Positions 16,401 through 33,859 of a stretch of 64,000 bases of DNA are shown here, one piece after another. The stretch lies in NCBI RefSeq assembly GCF_009914755.1, contig NC_060937.1. The stretch is one strand, 5' to 3'. The translations under genes were made by a program, and so were the position numbers. Below the pieces are notes generated by a model, which made no database searches, was not told where the DNA came from, and worked only from the letters and a program-made list of their open reading frames with translations. The stretch is from the human T2T-CHM13v2.0 reference genome, Homo sapiens. Each line of letters starts with the position of its first letter. Positions within the stretch are counted from its first letter, which is position 1.

Positions 16401-19400
16401 CCAAGGTATATATTCTATACTGTACAAAAAATATCAAAGTACCCAAAGCATGTATTATATACTGTACATAAAATATGAAAGTACATCAAATATATATTTT
16501 ATTCTGTACATAAAATATCAAATTACACCAGATATATATACCATAGTGTACTTAAAATATCACAGTACCCAAACTATACATTATATACTGTACATAAAAT
16601 ATGAAATTACATAAAATATATATTATATTAGGTACATAAAATATGAAATTACATAAAATATATATTATATTACGTACATAAAATATGAAAGTACATCAAA
16701 TATAGATTATATACTGTACATTAAATACCAAAGTACCCCAAATATATATTTTATACTGTATATGAAATATCAAACTTCACAAACTATATATTATATACTG
16801 TATATAAAATATCAAAGTACCCAAGGTATATCTTCTATACTGTACAAAAGATATCAAAGTACCCAAAGCATGTATTATATACTGTACATAAAATATGAAA
16901 GTACATCAAATATATATTTTATTCTGTACATAAAATATCAAAGTACACCAGATATATATTCTATAGTGTACATAAAATATAAAAGTACCGAAACTATTTA
17001 TTATATACTGTACATAAAATATGAAATTACATCAAATATATATTATATTAGTTACATAAAATATGAAAGTACATCAAATATAGATTATATGCTGTACATA
17101 AAATATCAAAGTACCCCAAATATATATTACTCTACATGAAATATCAAAGTTCACAAACTATATATTATATACTGTACATAAAATAAAGTACCCAAGGTAC
17201 ATATTCTATACTGTACAAAAAATATCAAAGTACCCAAAGCATGTATTTTATACTGTACATAAAATATGAAAGTACATCAAATATATATTTTATTCTGTAC
17301 ATAAAATATCAAAGTACACCAGATATATATTCTATAGTGTACATAATATATCAAATTACCCAAACTATACATTATATACTGTACATAAAATATGAACTTA
17401 CATCAAATATATATTATATTAGGTACATTAAAATATGAAAGTACATCAAATATAGATTATATACTGTACATAAAATATCAAAGTACCCCAAATATATATT
17501 ATATACTGTACATGAAATATCAAAGTTCACAAACTATATATTATATACTGTACATAAAATATCAAAGTACCCAAGGTATATATTCTATACTGTACAAAAA
17601 ATATCAAAGTACCCAAAGCATGTATTATATACTGTACATAAAATATGAAAGTACATCAAATATATATTTTATTCTGTACATAATATATCAAAGTACACCA
17701 GATATGTATTCTATAGTGTACATAAAATATCAAAGTACCCAAACTATACATTATATACTGTACATAAAATATGAAATTACATCAAATATATATTATATTA
17801 GGTACATAAAATATGAAAGTACATCAAATATAGATTATATACTGTACATAAAATATCAAAGTTCACAAAGTTTATATTATATACTGTACATAAAATATCA
17901 AAGTACCCAAGGTATATATTCTATACTGTACAAAAAATATCAAAGTACCCAAAGCATGTATTATATACTGTATATAAAATATGAAAGTACATCAAATATA
18001 TATTTTATTCTGCACATAAAATATCAAAATACACCAGATATATATTCTATAGTGTACATAAAATAACAAAGTACACAAACTATACATTATATACTGTACA
18101 TAAAATATGAAATTACATCAAATATATATTAGGTACATAAAATATGAAAGTACATCAAATATAGATTATATACTGTACATATAATATCAATGTACCCCAA
18201 ATATATATTTTATACTCTACATGAAATATCAAAGTTCACAAACCATATATTATATACTGTACATAAAATAACAAAGTACCCAAGGTATATATTCTATACT
18301 GTACAAAAAATATCAAAGTACCCAAAGCATGTATTATATACTGTACATAAAATATGAAAGTACATCAAATATATATTTTATTCTGTACATAAAATATGAA
18401 GTACACCAGATATATATTCTATAGTGTACATAAAATATCAAAGTACCCAAACTATACATTATATACTGTACATAATATATGAAATTACATCAAATATATT
18501 TTATATTAGGTACATAAAATATGAAAGTACATCAAATATAGATTATATACTGTACATTAAATACCAAAGTACCCCAAATATATATTTTATACTGTACATG
18601 AAATATCAAAGTTCACAAACTATATATTATATACTGTACATGTAATATCAAAGTACCCGAGCTATATATTCTATACTGTACAAAAAATAACAAAGTACCA
18701 AAAGCATGTATTATATACTGTACCTAAAATATGAAAGTACATCAAATATATATTTTATTCTGTACATAAAATATCAAAGTACACCAGATATATATTCTAT
18801 AGTGTACATAAAATATCAAAGTACCCAAACTATACATTATATGCTGTACATAAAATATGAGATTACATCAAATATATATTATATTAGGTACATAAAATAT
18901 GAAAGTACATCAAATATAGATTATATACTGTACATAAAATATCAAAGTACCCCAAATATATATTATATACTCTACATGAAATATCAAAGTTCACAAACTA
19001 TATATTATATACTGTACATAAAATATCAAAGTACCCAAGGTATATATTCTATACTGTACAAAAAATATCAAACTACCCAAAGCATGTATTATATACTGTA
19101 CATAAAATATGAAAGTACATCAAATATATATTTTATTCTGTACATAAAATATCAAAGTATACCAGATACATATTCTATAGTGTACATAAAATAACAAAGT
19201 ACAAAAACTATAAATTATATACTGTACATAAAATATGAAATTACATCAAATATATACTAGGTACATAAAATATGAAAGTACATCAAATATAGATTATATA
19301 CTGTACATAAAATATCAATGTACCCCAAATATATATTTTATACTCTACATGAAATATCAAAGTTCACAAACCATATATTATATACTGTACATAAAATATC

Positions 19401-20789
19401 AAAGTACCCAAGGTATATATTCTATACTGTACAAAACATATCAAAGTACCCAAAGCATGTATTATATACTGTACATAAAATATGAAAGTACATCAAATAT
19501 ATATTTTATTCTGTACATAAAATATCAAAGTACACCAGATATATATACTATAGTGTACATAAAATATCATAGTACCCAAACTATACATTGTATACTGCAC
19601 ATAAAATATGAAATTACATCAAATATGTTTTATATTAGGTACATAAAATATGAAAGTACATCAAATATAGATTATATACTGTACATTAAATACCAAAGTA
19701 CCCCAAATATATATTTTATACTGTACATGAAATATCAAAGTTCACAAACTATATATTATATACTGTACATATAATATCAAAGTACCCGAGGTATATATTC
19801 TATACTATACAAAAAATGTCAAAGTACCCAAAGCATGTATTATATACTGTACATAAAATATGAAACTACATCAAATATATATTTTATTCTGTACATAAAA
19901 TATCAAAGTACACCAGATATATATTCTATAGTGTACATAAAATATCAAAGTACCCAAACTATTTATTATATACTGTACATAAAATATGAAATTACATCAA
20001 ATATATATTATATTAGGTACATAAAATATGAAAGTACATCAAATATAGATTATATGCTGTACATTAAATACCAAAGTACCCCAAATATATATTTTATACT
20101 GTACATGAAATATCAAAGTTCACAAACTATATATTATATACTGTACATAAAATATCAAAGTACCCAAGGTATATATTCTATACTGTACCAAAAATATCAA
20201 AGTACCCAAAGCACGTATTATATACTGTACATAAAATATGAAAGTACATCAAATATATATTTTATTCTGTACATAAAATATCAAAGTACACCAGATATAT
20301 ATTCTATAGTGTACATAAAATATCAAAGTACCCAAACTATACATTATATACTGTACATAAAATATAAAATTACATCAAATCTATATTAGGTACATAAAAT
20401 ATGAAAGTACATCAAATATAGATTATATACTGTACATAAAATATCAAAGTACCCCAAATATATATTATATACTCTACATGAAATATCAAAGTTCACAAAC
20501 CATACATTATATACTGTACATAAAATATCAAAGTACCCAATATATATATTCTATACTGTACAAAACATATCAAAGTACCCAAAGCATGTATTATATACTG
20601 TACATAAAATATGAAAGTACATCAAATATATATTTTATTCTGTACATAAAATATCAAAGTACACCAGATATATATACTATAGTGTACATAAAATATCATA
20701 GTACCCAAACTATACATTATATACTGTACATAAAATATGAAATTACATCAAATCTATATTAGGTACATAAAATATGAAAATACATCAAA

Positions 20790-23150
20790 TATAGATTATA
20801 TACTGTACATTAAATACCAAAGTACCCCAAATATATATTTTATACAGTACATGAAATATCAAAGTTCACAAACTATATATTATATACTGTACATATAATA
20901 TCAAAGCACCCGAGGTATATATTCTATACTGTACAAAAAATATCAAAGTACCAAAAGCATGTATTATATACTGTACCTTAAATATGAAAGTACATCAAAT
21001 ATATATTTTATTCTGTACATAAAATATCAAAGTACACCAGATATATATTCTATAGTGTACATAAAATATCAAAGTACCCAAACTATACATTATATACTGT
21101 ACATAAAATATGAAATTACATCAAATATATATTAGGTACATAAAATATGAAAGTACATCAAATATAGATTATATACTGTACATAAAATATCAAAGTACCC
21201 AAAATATATATTATATACTGTACATGAAATATCAAAGTTCACAAACCATACATTATATACTGTACATAAAATATCAAAGTACCCAAGGTATATATTCTAT
21301 ACTGTACAAAAAATATCAAAGTACCCAAAGCATGTATTATATACTGTACATAAAATATGAAACTACATCAAATATATATTTTATTCTGTACATAAAATAT
21401 CAAAGTACACCAGATATATATTCTATAGTGTACATAAAATATCAAAGTACCCAAACTATTTATTATATACTGTACATAAAATATGAAATTACATCAAAAA
21501 TATACTAGGTACATAAAATATGAAAGTACATCAAATATAGATTATATACTGTACATAAAATATCAAAGTACCCCAAATATATATTATATACTCTACATGA
21601 AATATCAAAGTTCACAAACTATATATTATATACTGTACATAAAATATCAAAGTACCCAAGGTATATATTCTATACTGCACAAAAAATATCAAAGTACCCA
21701 AAGCATGTATTATACACTGTATATAAAATATGAAAGTACATCAAATATATATTTTATTCTGTACATAAAATATCAAAGTACACCAGATATATATTCTATA
21801 GTGTACATAAAATAACAAAGTACACAAACTATAAATTATATACTGTACATAAAATATGAAATTACATCAAATATATACTAGGTACATAAAATATGAAAGT
21901 ACATCAAATATAGATTATATACTGTACATAAAATATAAATGTACACCAAATATATATTTTATACTCTACATGAAATATCAAAGTTCACAAACCATATATT
22001 ATATACTGTACATAAAATATCAAAGTACCCAAGGTATATATTCTATACTGTACAAAACATATCCAAGTACCCAAAGCATGTATTATATACTGTACATAAA
22101 ATATGAAAGTACATCAAATATATATTTTATTCTGTACATAAAATATCAAAGTACACCAGATATATATTCTATAGTGTACATAAAATATCAAAGTACCCAA
22201 ACTATACATTATATACTGCACATAAAATATGAAATTACATCAAATATATTTTATATTAGGTACATAAAATATGAAAGTACATCAAATATAGATTATATAC
22301 TGTACATTAAATACCAAAGTACCCCAAATATATATTTTATACAGTACATGAAATATCAAAGTTCACAAACTATATATTATATACTGTACATATAATATCA
22401 AAGTACCCGAGGTATATATTCTATACTGTACAAAAAATATCAAAGTACCAAAAGCATGTATTATATACTGTACCTTAAATATGAAAGTACATCAAATATA
22501 TATTTTATTCTGTACATAAAATATCAAAGTACACCAGATATATATTCTATAGTGTACATAAAATATCAAAGTACCCAAACTATACATTATATACTGTACA
22601 TAAAATATGAAATTACATCAAATATATATTAGGTACATAAAATATGAAAGTACATCAAATATAGATTATATACTGTACATAAAATATCAAAGTACCCAAA
22701 ATATATATTATATACTGTACATGAAATATCAAAGTTCACAAACCATACATTATATACTGTACATAAAATATCAAAGTACCCAAGGTATATATTCTATACT
22801 GTACAAAAAATATCAAAGTACCCAAAGCATGTATTATATACTGTACATAAAATATGAAACTACATCAAATATATATTTTATTCTGTACATAAAATATCAA
22901 AGTACACCAGATATATATTCTATAGTGTACATAAAATATCAAAGTACCCAAACTATTTATTATATACTGTACATAAAATATGAAATTACATCAAATATAT
23001 ACTAGGTACATAAAATATGAAAGTACATCAAATATAGATTATATACTGTACATAAAATATCAAAGTACCCCAAATATATATTATATACTCTACATGAAAT
23101 ATCAAAGTTCACAAACTATATATTATATACTGTACATAAAATATCAAAGT
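20790..23150 (+). repeat. 1,497-bp super-repeat (four 9-mers), about 1.6 copies
   Basis: ORFs 21110/22607 and 21483/22980 offset by 1497 (3x373+378). Markers tacagtac, gtacctta, gaaactac, tactagg. Confidence 0.88.
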
Positions 23151-26100
23151 ACCCAAGGTATATATTCTATACTGTACAAAAAATAACAAAGTACCAAAAG
23201 CATGTATAATATACTGTACATAAAATATGAAAGTACATCAAATATATATTTTATTCTGTACATAAAATATCAAAGTACACCAGATACATATTCTATAGTG
23301 TACATAAAATAACAAAGTACAAAAACTATAAATTATATACTGTACATAAAATATGAAATTACATCAAATATATACTAGGTACATAAAATATGAAAGTACA
23401 TCAAATATAGATTCTATACTGTACATATAATATCAATGTACCCTAAATATATATTTTATACTCTACATGAAATATCAAAGTTCACAAACCATATATTATA
23501 TACTGTACATAAAATGTCAAAGTACCCAAGGTATATATTCTATACTGTACAAATAATATCAAAGTACCAAAAGCATGTATTATATACTGTACATAAAATA
23601 TGAAATTACATCAAATATATATTTTATTCTGTACATAAAATATCAAAGTACACCAGATATATAATCTATAGTGTACATAAAATATCAAAGTTCCCAAACT
23701 ATACATTATATAATGTACATAAAATATGAAATTACATCAAATATATATTAGGTACATAAAATATGAAAGTACATCAAATATAGATTATATACTGTACAAT
23801 AAATACCAAAGTACCCCAAATATATATTTTATACTGTACATGAAATATCAAAGTTCACAAACTACATATTATATACTGTACATATAATATCAAAGTACCC
23901 GAGGTATATATTCTATACTGTACAAAAAATAATAAAGTACCAAAAGCATGTAATATATACTGTACCTAAAATATGAAAGTACATCAAATATATATTTTAT
24001 TCTTTACATAAAATATCAAAGTACACCAGATATATATTCTATAGTGTACATAAAATATCAAAGTACCCAAACTATACATTATATACTGTACATAAAATAT
24101 GAAATTACATCAAATATATATTAGGTACATAAAATATGAAAGTACATCAAATATAGATTATATACTGTACATAAAATATCAAAGTACCCCAAATATATAT
24201 TATATACTGTACATGAAATATCAGAGTTCACAAACTATATATTATATACTGTACATAAAATATCAAAGTACCCAAGGTATATATTCTATACTGTACAAAA
24301 AATATCAAAGTACCCAAAACATGTATTATATACTGTACATAAAATATGAAAGTACATCAAATATATATTTTATTCTGTACATAAAATATCAAAGTACACC
24401 AGATATATATTCTATAGTGTACATAAAATAACAAAGTACAAAAACTATAAAATATATACTGTACATAAAATATGAAATTACATCAAATATATATTAAGTA
24501 CATAAAATATGAAAGTACATCAAATATAGATTATATACTGTACATAAAATATCAATGTACCCCAAATATATATGTTATACTCTACATGAAATATCAAAGT
24601 TCACAAACCATATATTATATACTGTACATAAAATATCAAAGTACCCAAGTTATAAATTCTATACTATACAAAAAATATCAAAGTACCCAAAGCATGTATT
24701 ATATACTGTACATAAAATATGAAAGTACATCAAATATATATTTTATTCTTTACATAAAATATCAAAGTACACCAGATATATATTCTATAGTGTACATAAA
24801 ATATCAAAGTACCCAAACTATACATTATATACTGTACATAAAATATGAGATTACATCAAATATATATTATATTAGGTACATAAAATATGAAAGTACATCA
24901 AATATAGATTATATACTGTACATAAAATATCAAAGTACCCCAAATATATATTATATACTTTACATGAAATATCAAAGTTCACAAACTATATATTATATAC
25001 TGTACATAAAATATCAAAGTACCCAAGGTATATATTCTATACTGTACAAAAAATATCAAAGTACCCATAGCATGTATTATATACTGTACATAAAATATGA
25101 AATTACATCAAATATATATTTTATTCTGTACATAAAATATCAAAGTACACCAGATATATATTCTATAGTGTACATAAAATTACAAAGTACACAAACTATA
25201 CATTATATACTGTACATAAAATATGAAATTACATCAAATATATATTAGGTACATAAAATATGAAAGTACATCAAATATAGATTATATACTGTACATAAAA
25301 TATCAAAGTACCCCAAATATATATTTTGTACTCTACATGAAATATCAAAGTTCACAAACCATATATTATATAGTGTACATAAAATGTCAAAGTACCCAAG
25401 GTATATATTCTATACTGTACAAAAAATATCAAAGTACCCAAAGCATGTATTATATACTGTACATAAAATATGAAAGTACATCAAATATATATTTTATTCT
25501 GTACATAAAATATCAAAGTACACCAGATATATATTCTATAGTGTACATAAAATATCAAAGTACCCAAACTATACATTATATACTGTACATAAAATATGAA
25601 ATTACATCAAATATATATTATATTAGGTACATAAAATATGAAAGTACATCAAATATAGATTATATACTGTACATAAAATATCAAAGTACCCCAAATATAT
25701 ATTATATAGTGTACATGAAATATCAAACTTCACAAACTATATATTATATACTGTACATAAAATAGCAAAGTACCCAAGGTATATATTCTATCCTGTACAA
25801 AAAATATCAAAGTACCCAAAGCATGTATTATATACTGTACATAAAATATGAAATTACATCAAATATATATTTTATTCTGTACATAAAATATCAAAGTACA
25901 CCAGATATATATTCTATAGTGTACATAAAATAACAAAGTACAAAAACTATAAATTATATACTGTACATAAAATATGAAATTACATCAAATATATATTGGT
26001 ACATAAAATATGAAAGTACATCCAATATAGATTATATACTGTACATAAAATATCAATGTACCACAAATATATATTTTATACTCTACATGAAATATCAAAG

Positions 26101-29100
26101 TTCACAAACCATATATTATATACTGTACATAAAATATCAAAGTACCCAAGGTATATATTCTATACTGTACAAAAAATATCAAAGTACCCAAAGCATGTAT
26201 TATATACTGTACATAAAATATGAAAGTACATCAAATATATATTTTATTCTGTACATAAAATATCAAAGTACACCAGATATATATTCTATAGTGTACATAA
26301 AATATCAAAGTACCCAAACTATACATTATATACTGTACATAAAATATGAAATTACATCAAATATATATTATATTAGGTACATAAAATATGAAAGTACATC
26401 AAATATAGATTATATACTGTACATAAAATATCAAAGTACCCCAAATATATATTATATACTGTATATGAAATATCAAAGTTCACAAACTATATATTATATA
26501 CTGTACATAAAATATTAAAGTACCCAAGGTATATATTCTATACTGCACAAAAAAATCAAAGTACCCAAAGCATGTATTATATACTGTATATAAAATATGA
26601 AAGTACATCAAATATATATTTTATTCTGTACAAAAAATATCAAAGTACACCAGATATATATTCTATAGTGTACATAAAATAACAAAGTACAAAAACTATA
26701 AAATATATACTGTACATAAAATATGAAATTACATCAAATATATATTAAGTACATAAAATATGAAAGTACATCAAATATAGGTTATATACTGTACATAAAA
26801 TATCAAAGTACCCCAAATATATATTATATACTCTACATGAAATATCAAAGTTCACAAACTATATATTATATACTGTACATAAAATATCAAAGTACCCAAA
26901 GTATATATTCTATACTGTACAAAAAATATCAAAGTACCCAAAGCATGTATTATATACTGTATATAAAATATGAAAGTACATCAAATATATATTTTATTCT
27001 GTACATAAAATATAAAAGTACACCAGATATATATTCTATAGTGTACATAAAATATCAAAGTATGCAAACCATACATTATATACTGTACATAAAATATGAA
27101 ATCACATCAAATATATATTATATTAGGTACATAAAATATGAAAGTACATCAAATATAGATTATATACTGTACATTAAATACCAAAGTACCCCAAATATAT
27201 ATTTTATACTGTACATGAAATATCAAAGTTCACAAACTATATGTTATATACTGTACATAAAATATCAAAGTACCCGAGGTATATATTCTATACTGTACAA
27301 AAAATATCAAAGTACCCAAAGCATGTATTATATACTCTACATAAAATATGAAAGTACATCAAATATATATTTTATTCTGTACATAAAATATCAAAGTACA
27401 CCAGATATATATTCTATAGTGTACATAAAATATAAAAGTACCCAAACTATACATTATATACTGTACATAAAATATGAAATTACATCAAATATATATTAGG
27501 TACATAAAATATGAAAGTACATCAAATATAGATTATATACTGTACATAAAATATCAAAGTACCCAAAATATATATTATATACTGTACATGAAATATCAAA
27601 GTTCACAAACCATACATTATATACTGTACATAAAATATCAAAGTACCCAAGGTATATATTCTATACTGTACAAAAAATATCAAAGTACCCAAAGCATGTA
27701 TTATATACTGTACATAAAATATGAAACTACATCAAATATATATTTTATTCTGTACATAAAATATCAAAGTACACCAGATATATATTCTATAGTGTACATA
27801 AAATATCAAAGTACCCAAACTATTTATTATATACTGTACATAAAATATGAAATTACATCAAAAATATACTAGGTACATAAAATATGAAAGTACATCAAAT
27901 ATAGATTATATACTGTACATAAAATATCAAAGTACCCCAAATATATATTATATACTCTACATGAAATATCAAAGTTCACAAACTATATATTATATACTGT
28001 ACATAAAATATCAAAGTACCCAAGGTATATATTCTATACTGCACAAAAAATATCAAAGTACCCAAAGCATGTATTATACACTGTATATAAAATATGAAAG
28101 TACATCAAATATATATTTTATTCTGTACATAAAATATCAAAGTACACCAGATATATATTCTATAGTGTACATAAAATAACAAAGTACACAAACTATAAAT
28201 TATATACTGTACATAAAATATGAAATTACATCAAATATATACTAGGTACATAAAATATGAAAGTACATCAAATATAGATTATATACTGTACATAAAATAT
28301 AAATGTACACCAAATATATATTTTATACTCTACATGAAATATCAAAGTTCACAAACCATATATTATATACTGTACATAAAATATCAAAGTACCCAAGGTA
28401 TATATTCTATACTGTACAAAACATATCCAAGTACCCAAAGCATGTATTATATACTGTACATAAAATATGAAAGTACATCAAATATATATTTTATTCTGTA
28501 CATAAAATATCAAAGTACACCAGATATATATTCTATAGTGTACATAAAATATCAAAGTACCCAAACTATACATTATATACTGCACATAAAATATGAAATT
28601 ACATCAAATATATTTTATATTAGGTACATAAAATATGAAAGTACATCAAATATAGATTATATACTGTACATTAAATACCAAAGTACCCCAAATATATATT
28701 TTATACAGTACATGAAATATCAAAGTTCACAAACTATATATTATATACTGTACATATAATATCAAAGTACCCGAGGTATATATTCTATACTGTACAAAAA
28801 ATATCAAAGTACCAAAAGCATGTATTATATACTGTACCTTAAATATGAAAGTACATCAAATATATATTTTATTCTGTACATAAAATATCAAAGTACACCA
28901 GATATATATTCTATAGTGTACATAAAATATCAAAGTACCCAAACTATACATTATATACTGTACATAAAATATGAAATTACATCAAATATATATTAGGTAC
29001 ATAAAATATGAAAGTACATCAAATATAGATTATATACTGTACATAAAATATCAAAGTACCCAAAATATATATTATATACTGTACATGAAATATCAAAGTT

Positions 29101-32100
29101 CACAAACCATACATTATATACTGTACATAAAATATCAAAGTACCCAAGGTATATATTCTATACTGTACAAAAAATATCAAAGTACCCAAAGCATGTATTA
29201 TATACTGTACATAAAATATGAAACTACATCAAATATATATTTTATTCTGTACATAAAATATCAAAGTACACCAGATATATATTCTATAGTGTACATAAAA
29301 TATCAAAGTACCCAAACTATTTATTATATACTGTACATAAAATATGAAATTACATCAAATATATACTAGGTACATAAAATATGAAAGTACATCAAATATA
29401 GATTATATACTGTACATAAAATATCAAAGTACCCCAAATATATATTATATACTCTACATGAAATATCAAAGTTCACAAACTATATATTATATACTGTACA
29501 TAAAATATCAAAGTACCCAAGGTATATATTCTATACTGTACAAAAAATAACAAAGTACCAAAAGCATGTATAATATACTGTACATAAAATATGAAAGTAC
29601 ATCAAATATATATTTTATTCTGTACATAAAATATCAAAGTACACCAGATACATATTCTATAGTGTACATAAAATAACAAAGTACAAAAACTATAAATTAT
29701 ATACTGTACATAAAATATGAAATTACATCAAATATATACTAGGTACATAAAATATGAAAGTACATCAAATATAGATTCTATACTGTACATATAATATCAA
29801 TGTACCCTAAATATATATTTTATACTCTACATGAAATATCAAAGTTCACAAACCATATATTATATACTGTACATAAAATGTCAAAGTACCCAAGGTATAT
29901 ATTCTATACTGTACAAATAATATCAAAGTACCAAAAGCATGTATTATATACTGTACATAAAATATGAAATTACATCAAATATATATTTTATTCTGTACAT
30001 AAAATATCAAAGTACACCAGATATATAATCTATAGTGTACATAAAATATCAAAGTTCCCAAACTATACATTATATAATGTACATAAAATATGAAATTACA
30101 TCAAATATATATTAGGTACATAAAATATGAAAGTACATCAAATATAGATTATATACTGTACAATAAATACCAAAGTACCCCAAATATATATTTTATACTG
30201 TACATGAAATATCAAAGTTCACAAACTACATATTATATACTGTACATATAATATCAAAGTACCCGAGGTATATATTCTATACTGTACAAAAAATAATAAA
30301 GTACCAAAAGCATGTAATATATACTGTACCTAAAATATGAAAGTACATCAAATATATATTTTATTCTTTACATAAAATATCAAAGTACACCAGATATATA
30401 TTCTATAGTGTACATAAAATATCAAAGTACCCAAACTATACATTATATACTGTACATAAAATATGAAATTACATCAAATATATATTAGGTACATAAAATA
30501 TGAAAGTACATCAAATATAGATTATATACTGTACATAAAATATCAAAGTACCCCAAATATATATTATATACTGTACATGAAATATCAGAGTTCACAAACT
30601 ATATATTATATACTGTACATAAAATATCAAAGTACCCAAGGTATATATTCTATACTGTACAAAAAATATCAAAGTACCCAAAACATGTATTATATACTGT
30701 ACATAAAATATGAAAGTACATCAAATATATATTTTATTCTGTACATAAAATATCAAAGTACACCAGATATATATTCTATAGTGTACATAAAATAACAAAG
30801 TACAAAAACTATAAAATATATACTGTACATAAAATATGAAATTACATCAAATATATATTAAGTACATAAAATATGAAAGTACATCAAATATAGATTATAT
30901 ACTGTACATAAAATATCAATGTACCCCAAATATATATGTTATACTCTACATGAAATATCAAAGTTCACAAACCATATATTATATACTGTACATAAAATAT
31001 CAAAGTACCCAAGTTATAAATTCTATACTATACAAAAAATATCAAAGTACCCAAAGCATGTATTATATACTGTACATAAAATATGAAAGTACATCAAATA
31101 TATATTTTATTCTTTACATAAAATATCAAAGTACACCAGATATATATTCTATAGTGTACATAAAATATCAAAGTACCCAAACTATACATTATATACTGTA
31201 CATAAAATATGAGATTACATCAAATATATATTATATTAGGTACATAAAATATGAAAGTACATCAAATATAGATTATATACTGTACATAAAATATCAAAGT
31301 ACCCCAAATATATATTATATACTTTACATGAAATATCAAAGTTCACAAACTATATATTATATACTGTACATAAAATATCAAAGTACCCAAGGTATATATT
31401 CTATACTGTACAAAAAATATCAAAGTACCCATAGCATGTATTATATACTGTACATAAAATATGAAATTACATCAAATATATATTTTATTCTGTACATAAA
31501 ATATCAAAGTACACCAGATATATATTCTATAGTGTACATAAAATTACAAAGTACACAAACTATACATTATATACTGTACATAAAATATGAAATTACATCA
31601 AATATATATTAGGTACATAAAATATGAAAGTACATCAAATATAGATTATATACTGTACATAAAATATCAAAGTACCCCAAATATATATTTTGTACTCTAC
31701 ATGAAATATCAAAGTTCACAAACCATATATTATATAGTGTACATAAAATGTCAAAGTACCCAAGGTATATATTCTATACTGTACAAAAAATATCAAAGTA
31801 CCCAAAGCATGTATTATATACTGTACATAAAATATGAAAGTACATCAAATATATATTTTATTCTGTACATAAAATATCAAAGTACACCAGATATATATTC
31901 TATAGTGTACATAAAATATCAAAGTACCCAAACTATACATTATATACTGTACATAAAATATGAAATTACATCAAATATATATTATATTAGGTACATAAAA
32001 TATGAAAGTACATCAAATATAGATTATATACTGTACATAAAATATCAAAGTACCCCAAATATATATTATATAGTGTACATGAAATATCAAACTTCACAAA

Positions 32101-33859
32101 CTATATATTATATACTGTACATAAAATAGCAAAGTACCCAAGGTATATATTCTATCCTGTACAAAAAATATCAAAGTACCCAAAGCATGTATTATATACT
32201 GTACATAAAATATGAAATTACATCAAATATATATTTTATTCTGTACATAAAATATCAAAGTACACCAGATATATATTCTATAGTGTACATAAAATAACAA
32301 AGTACAAAAACTATAAATTATATACTGTACATAAAATATGAAATTACATCAAATATATATTGGTACATAAAATATGAAAGTACATCCAATATAGATTATA
32401 TACTGTACATAAAATATCAATGTACCACAAATATATATTTTATACTCTACATGAAATATCAAAGTTCACAAACCATATATTATATACTGTACATAAAATA
32501 TCAAAGTACCCAAGGTATATATTCTATACTGTACAAAAAATATCAAAGTACCCAAAGCATGTATTATATACTGTACATAAAATATGAAAGTACATCAAAT
32601 ATATATTTTATTCTGTACATAAAATATCAAAGTACACCAGATATATATTCTATAGTGTACATAAAATATCAAAGTACCCAAACTATACATTATATACTGT
32701 ACATAAAATATGAAATTACATCAAATATATATTATATTAGGTACATAAAATATGAAAGTACATCAAATATAGATTATATACTGTACATAAAATATCAAAG
32801 TACCCCAAATATATATTATATACTGTATATGAAATATCAAAGTTCACAAACTATATATTATATACTGTACATAAAATATTAAAGTACCCAAGGTATATAT
32901 TCTATACTGCACAAAAAAATCAAAGTACCCAAAGCATGTATTATATACTGTATATAAAATATGAAAGTACATCAAATATATATTTTATTCTGTACAAAAA
33001 ATATCAAAGTACACCAGATATATATTCTATAGTGTACATAAAATAACAAAGTACAAAAACTATAAAATATATACTGTACATAAAATATGAAATTACATCA
33101 AATATATATTAAGTACATAAAATATGAAAGTACATCAAATATAGGTTATATACTGTACATAAAATATCAATGTACCCCAAATATATATTATATACTCTAC
33201 ATGAAATATCAAAGTTCACAAACTATATATTATATACTGTACATAAAATATCAAAGTACCCAAAGTATATATTCTATACTGTACAAAAAATATCAAAGTA
33301 CCCAAAGCATGTATTATATACTGTATATAAAATATGAAAGTACATCAAATATATATTTTATTCTGTACATAAAATATAAAAGTACACCAGATATATATTC
33401 TATAGTGTACATAAAATATCAAAGTATGCAAACCATACATTATATACTGTACATAAAATATGAAATCACATCAAATATATATTATATTAGGTACATAAAA
33501 TATGAAAGTACATCAAATATAGATTATATACTGTACATTAAATACCAAAGTACCCCAAATATATATTTTATACTGTACATGAAATATCAAAGTTCACAAA
33601 CTATATGTTATATACTGTACATAAAATATCAAAGTACCCGAGGTATATATTCTATACTGTACAAAAAATATCAAAGTACCCAAAGCATGTATTATATACT
33701 CTACATAAAATATGAAAGTACATCAAATATATATTTTATTCTGTACATAAAATATCAAAGTACACCAGATATATATTCTATAGTGTACATAAAATATAAA
33801 AGTACCCAAACTATACATTATATACTGTACATAAAATATGAAATTACATCAAATATATT
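21071..33859 (+). repeat. 6,364-bp near-perfect tandem duplication (17 9-mers)
   Basis: ORFs 21110/27474, 21483/27847, 21856/28220, 22607/28971, 24099/30463, 25223/31587 and 26723/33087 are all offset by exactly 6364 with almost identical translations. Confidence 0.94.

Larger units (their letters stand above)
281..23407 (+). repeat. Macro-unit A, 23,127 bp
   Basis: The rare marker cluster tagattctat / gtaccctaaa / aagttcccaa / acaataaatacc starts at 281 and recurs at 23408. ORF 972 recurs at 24099 (+23127). Confidence 0.88.
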
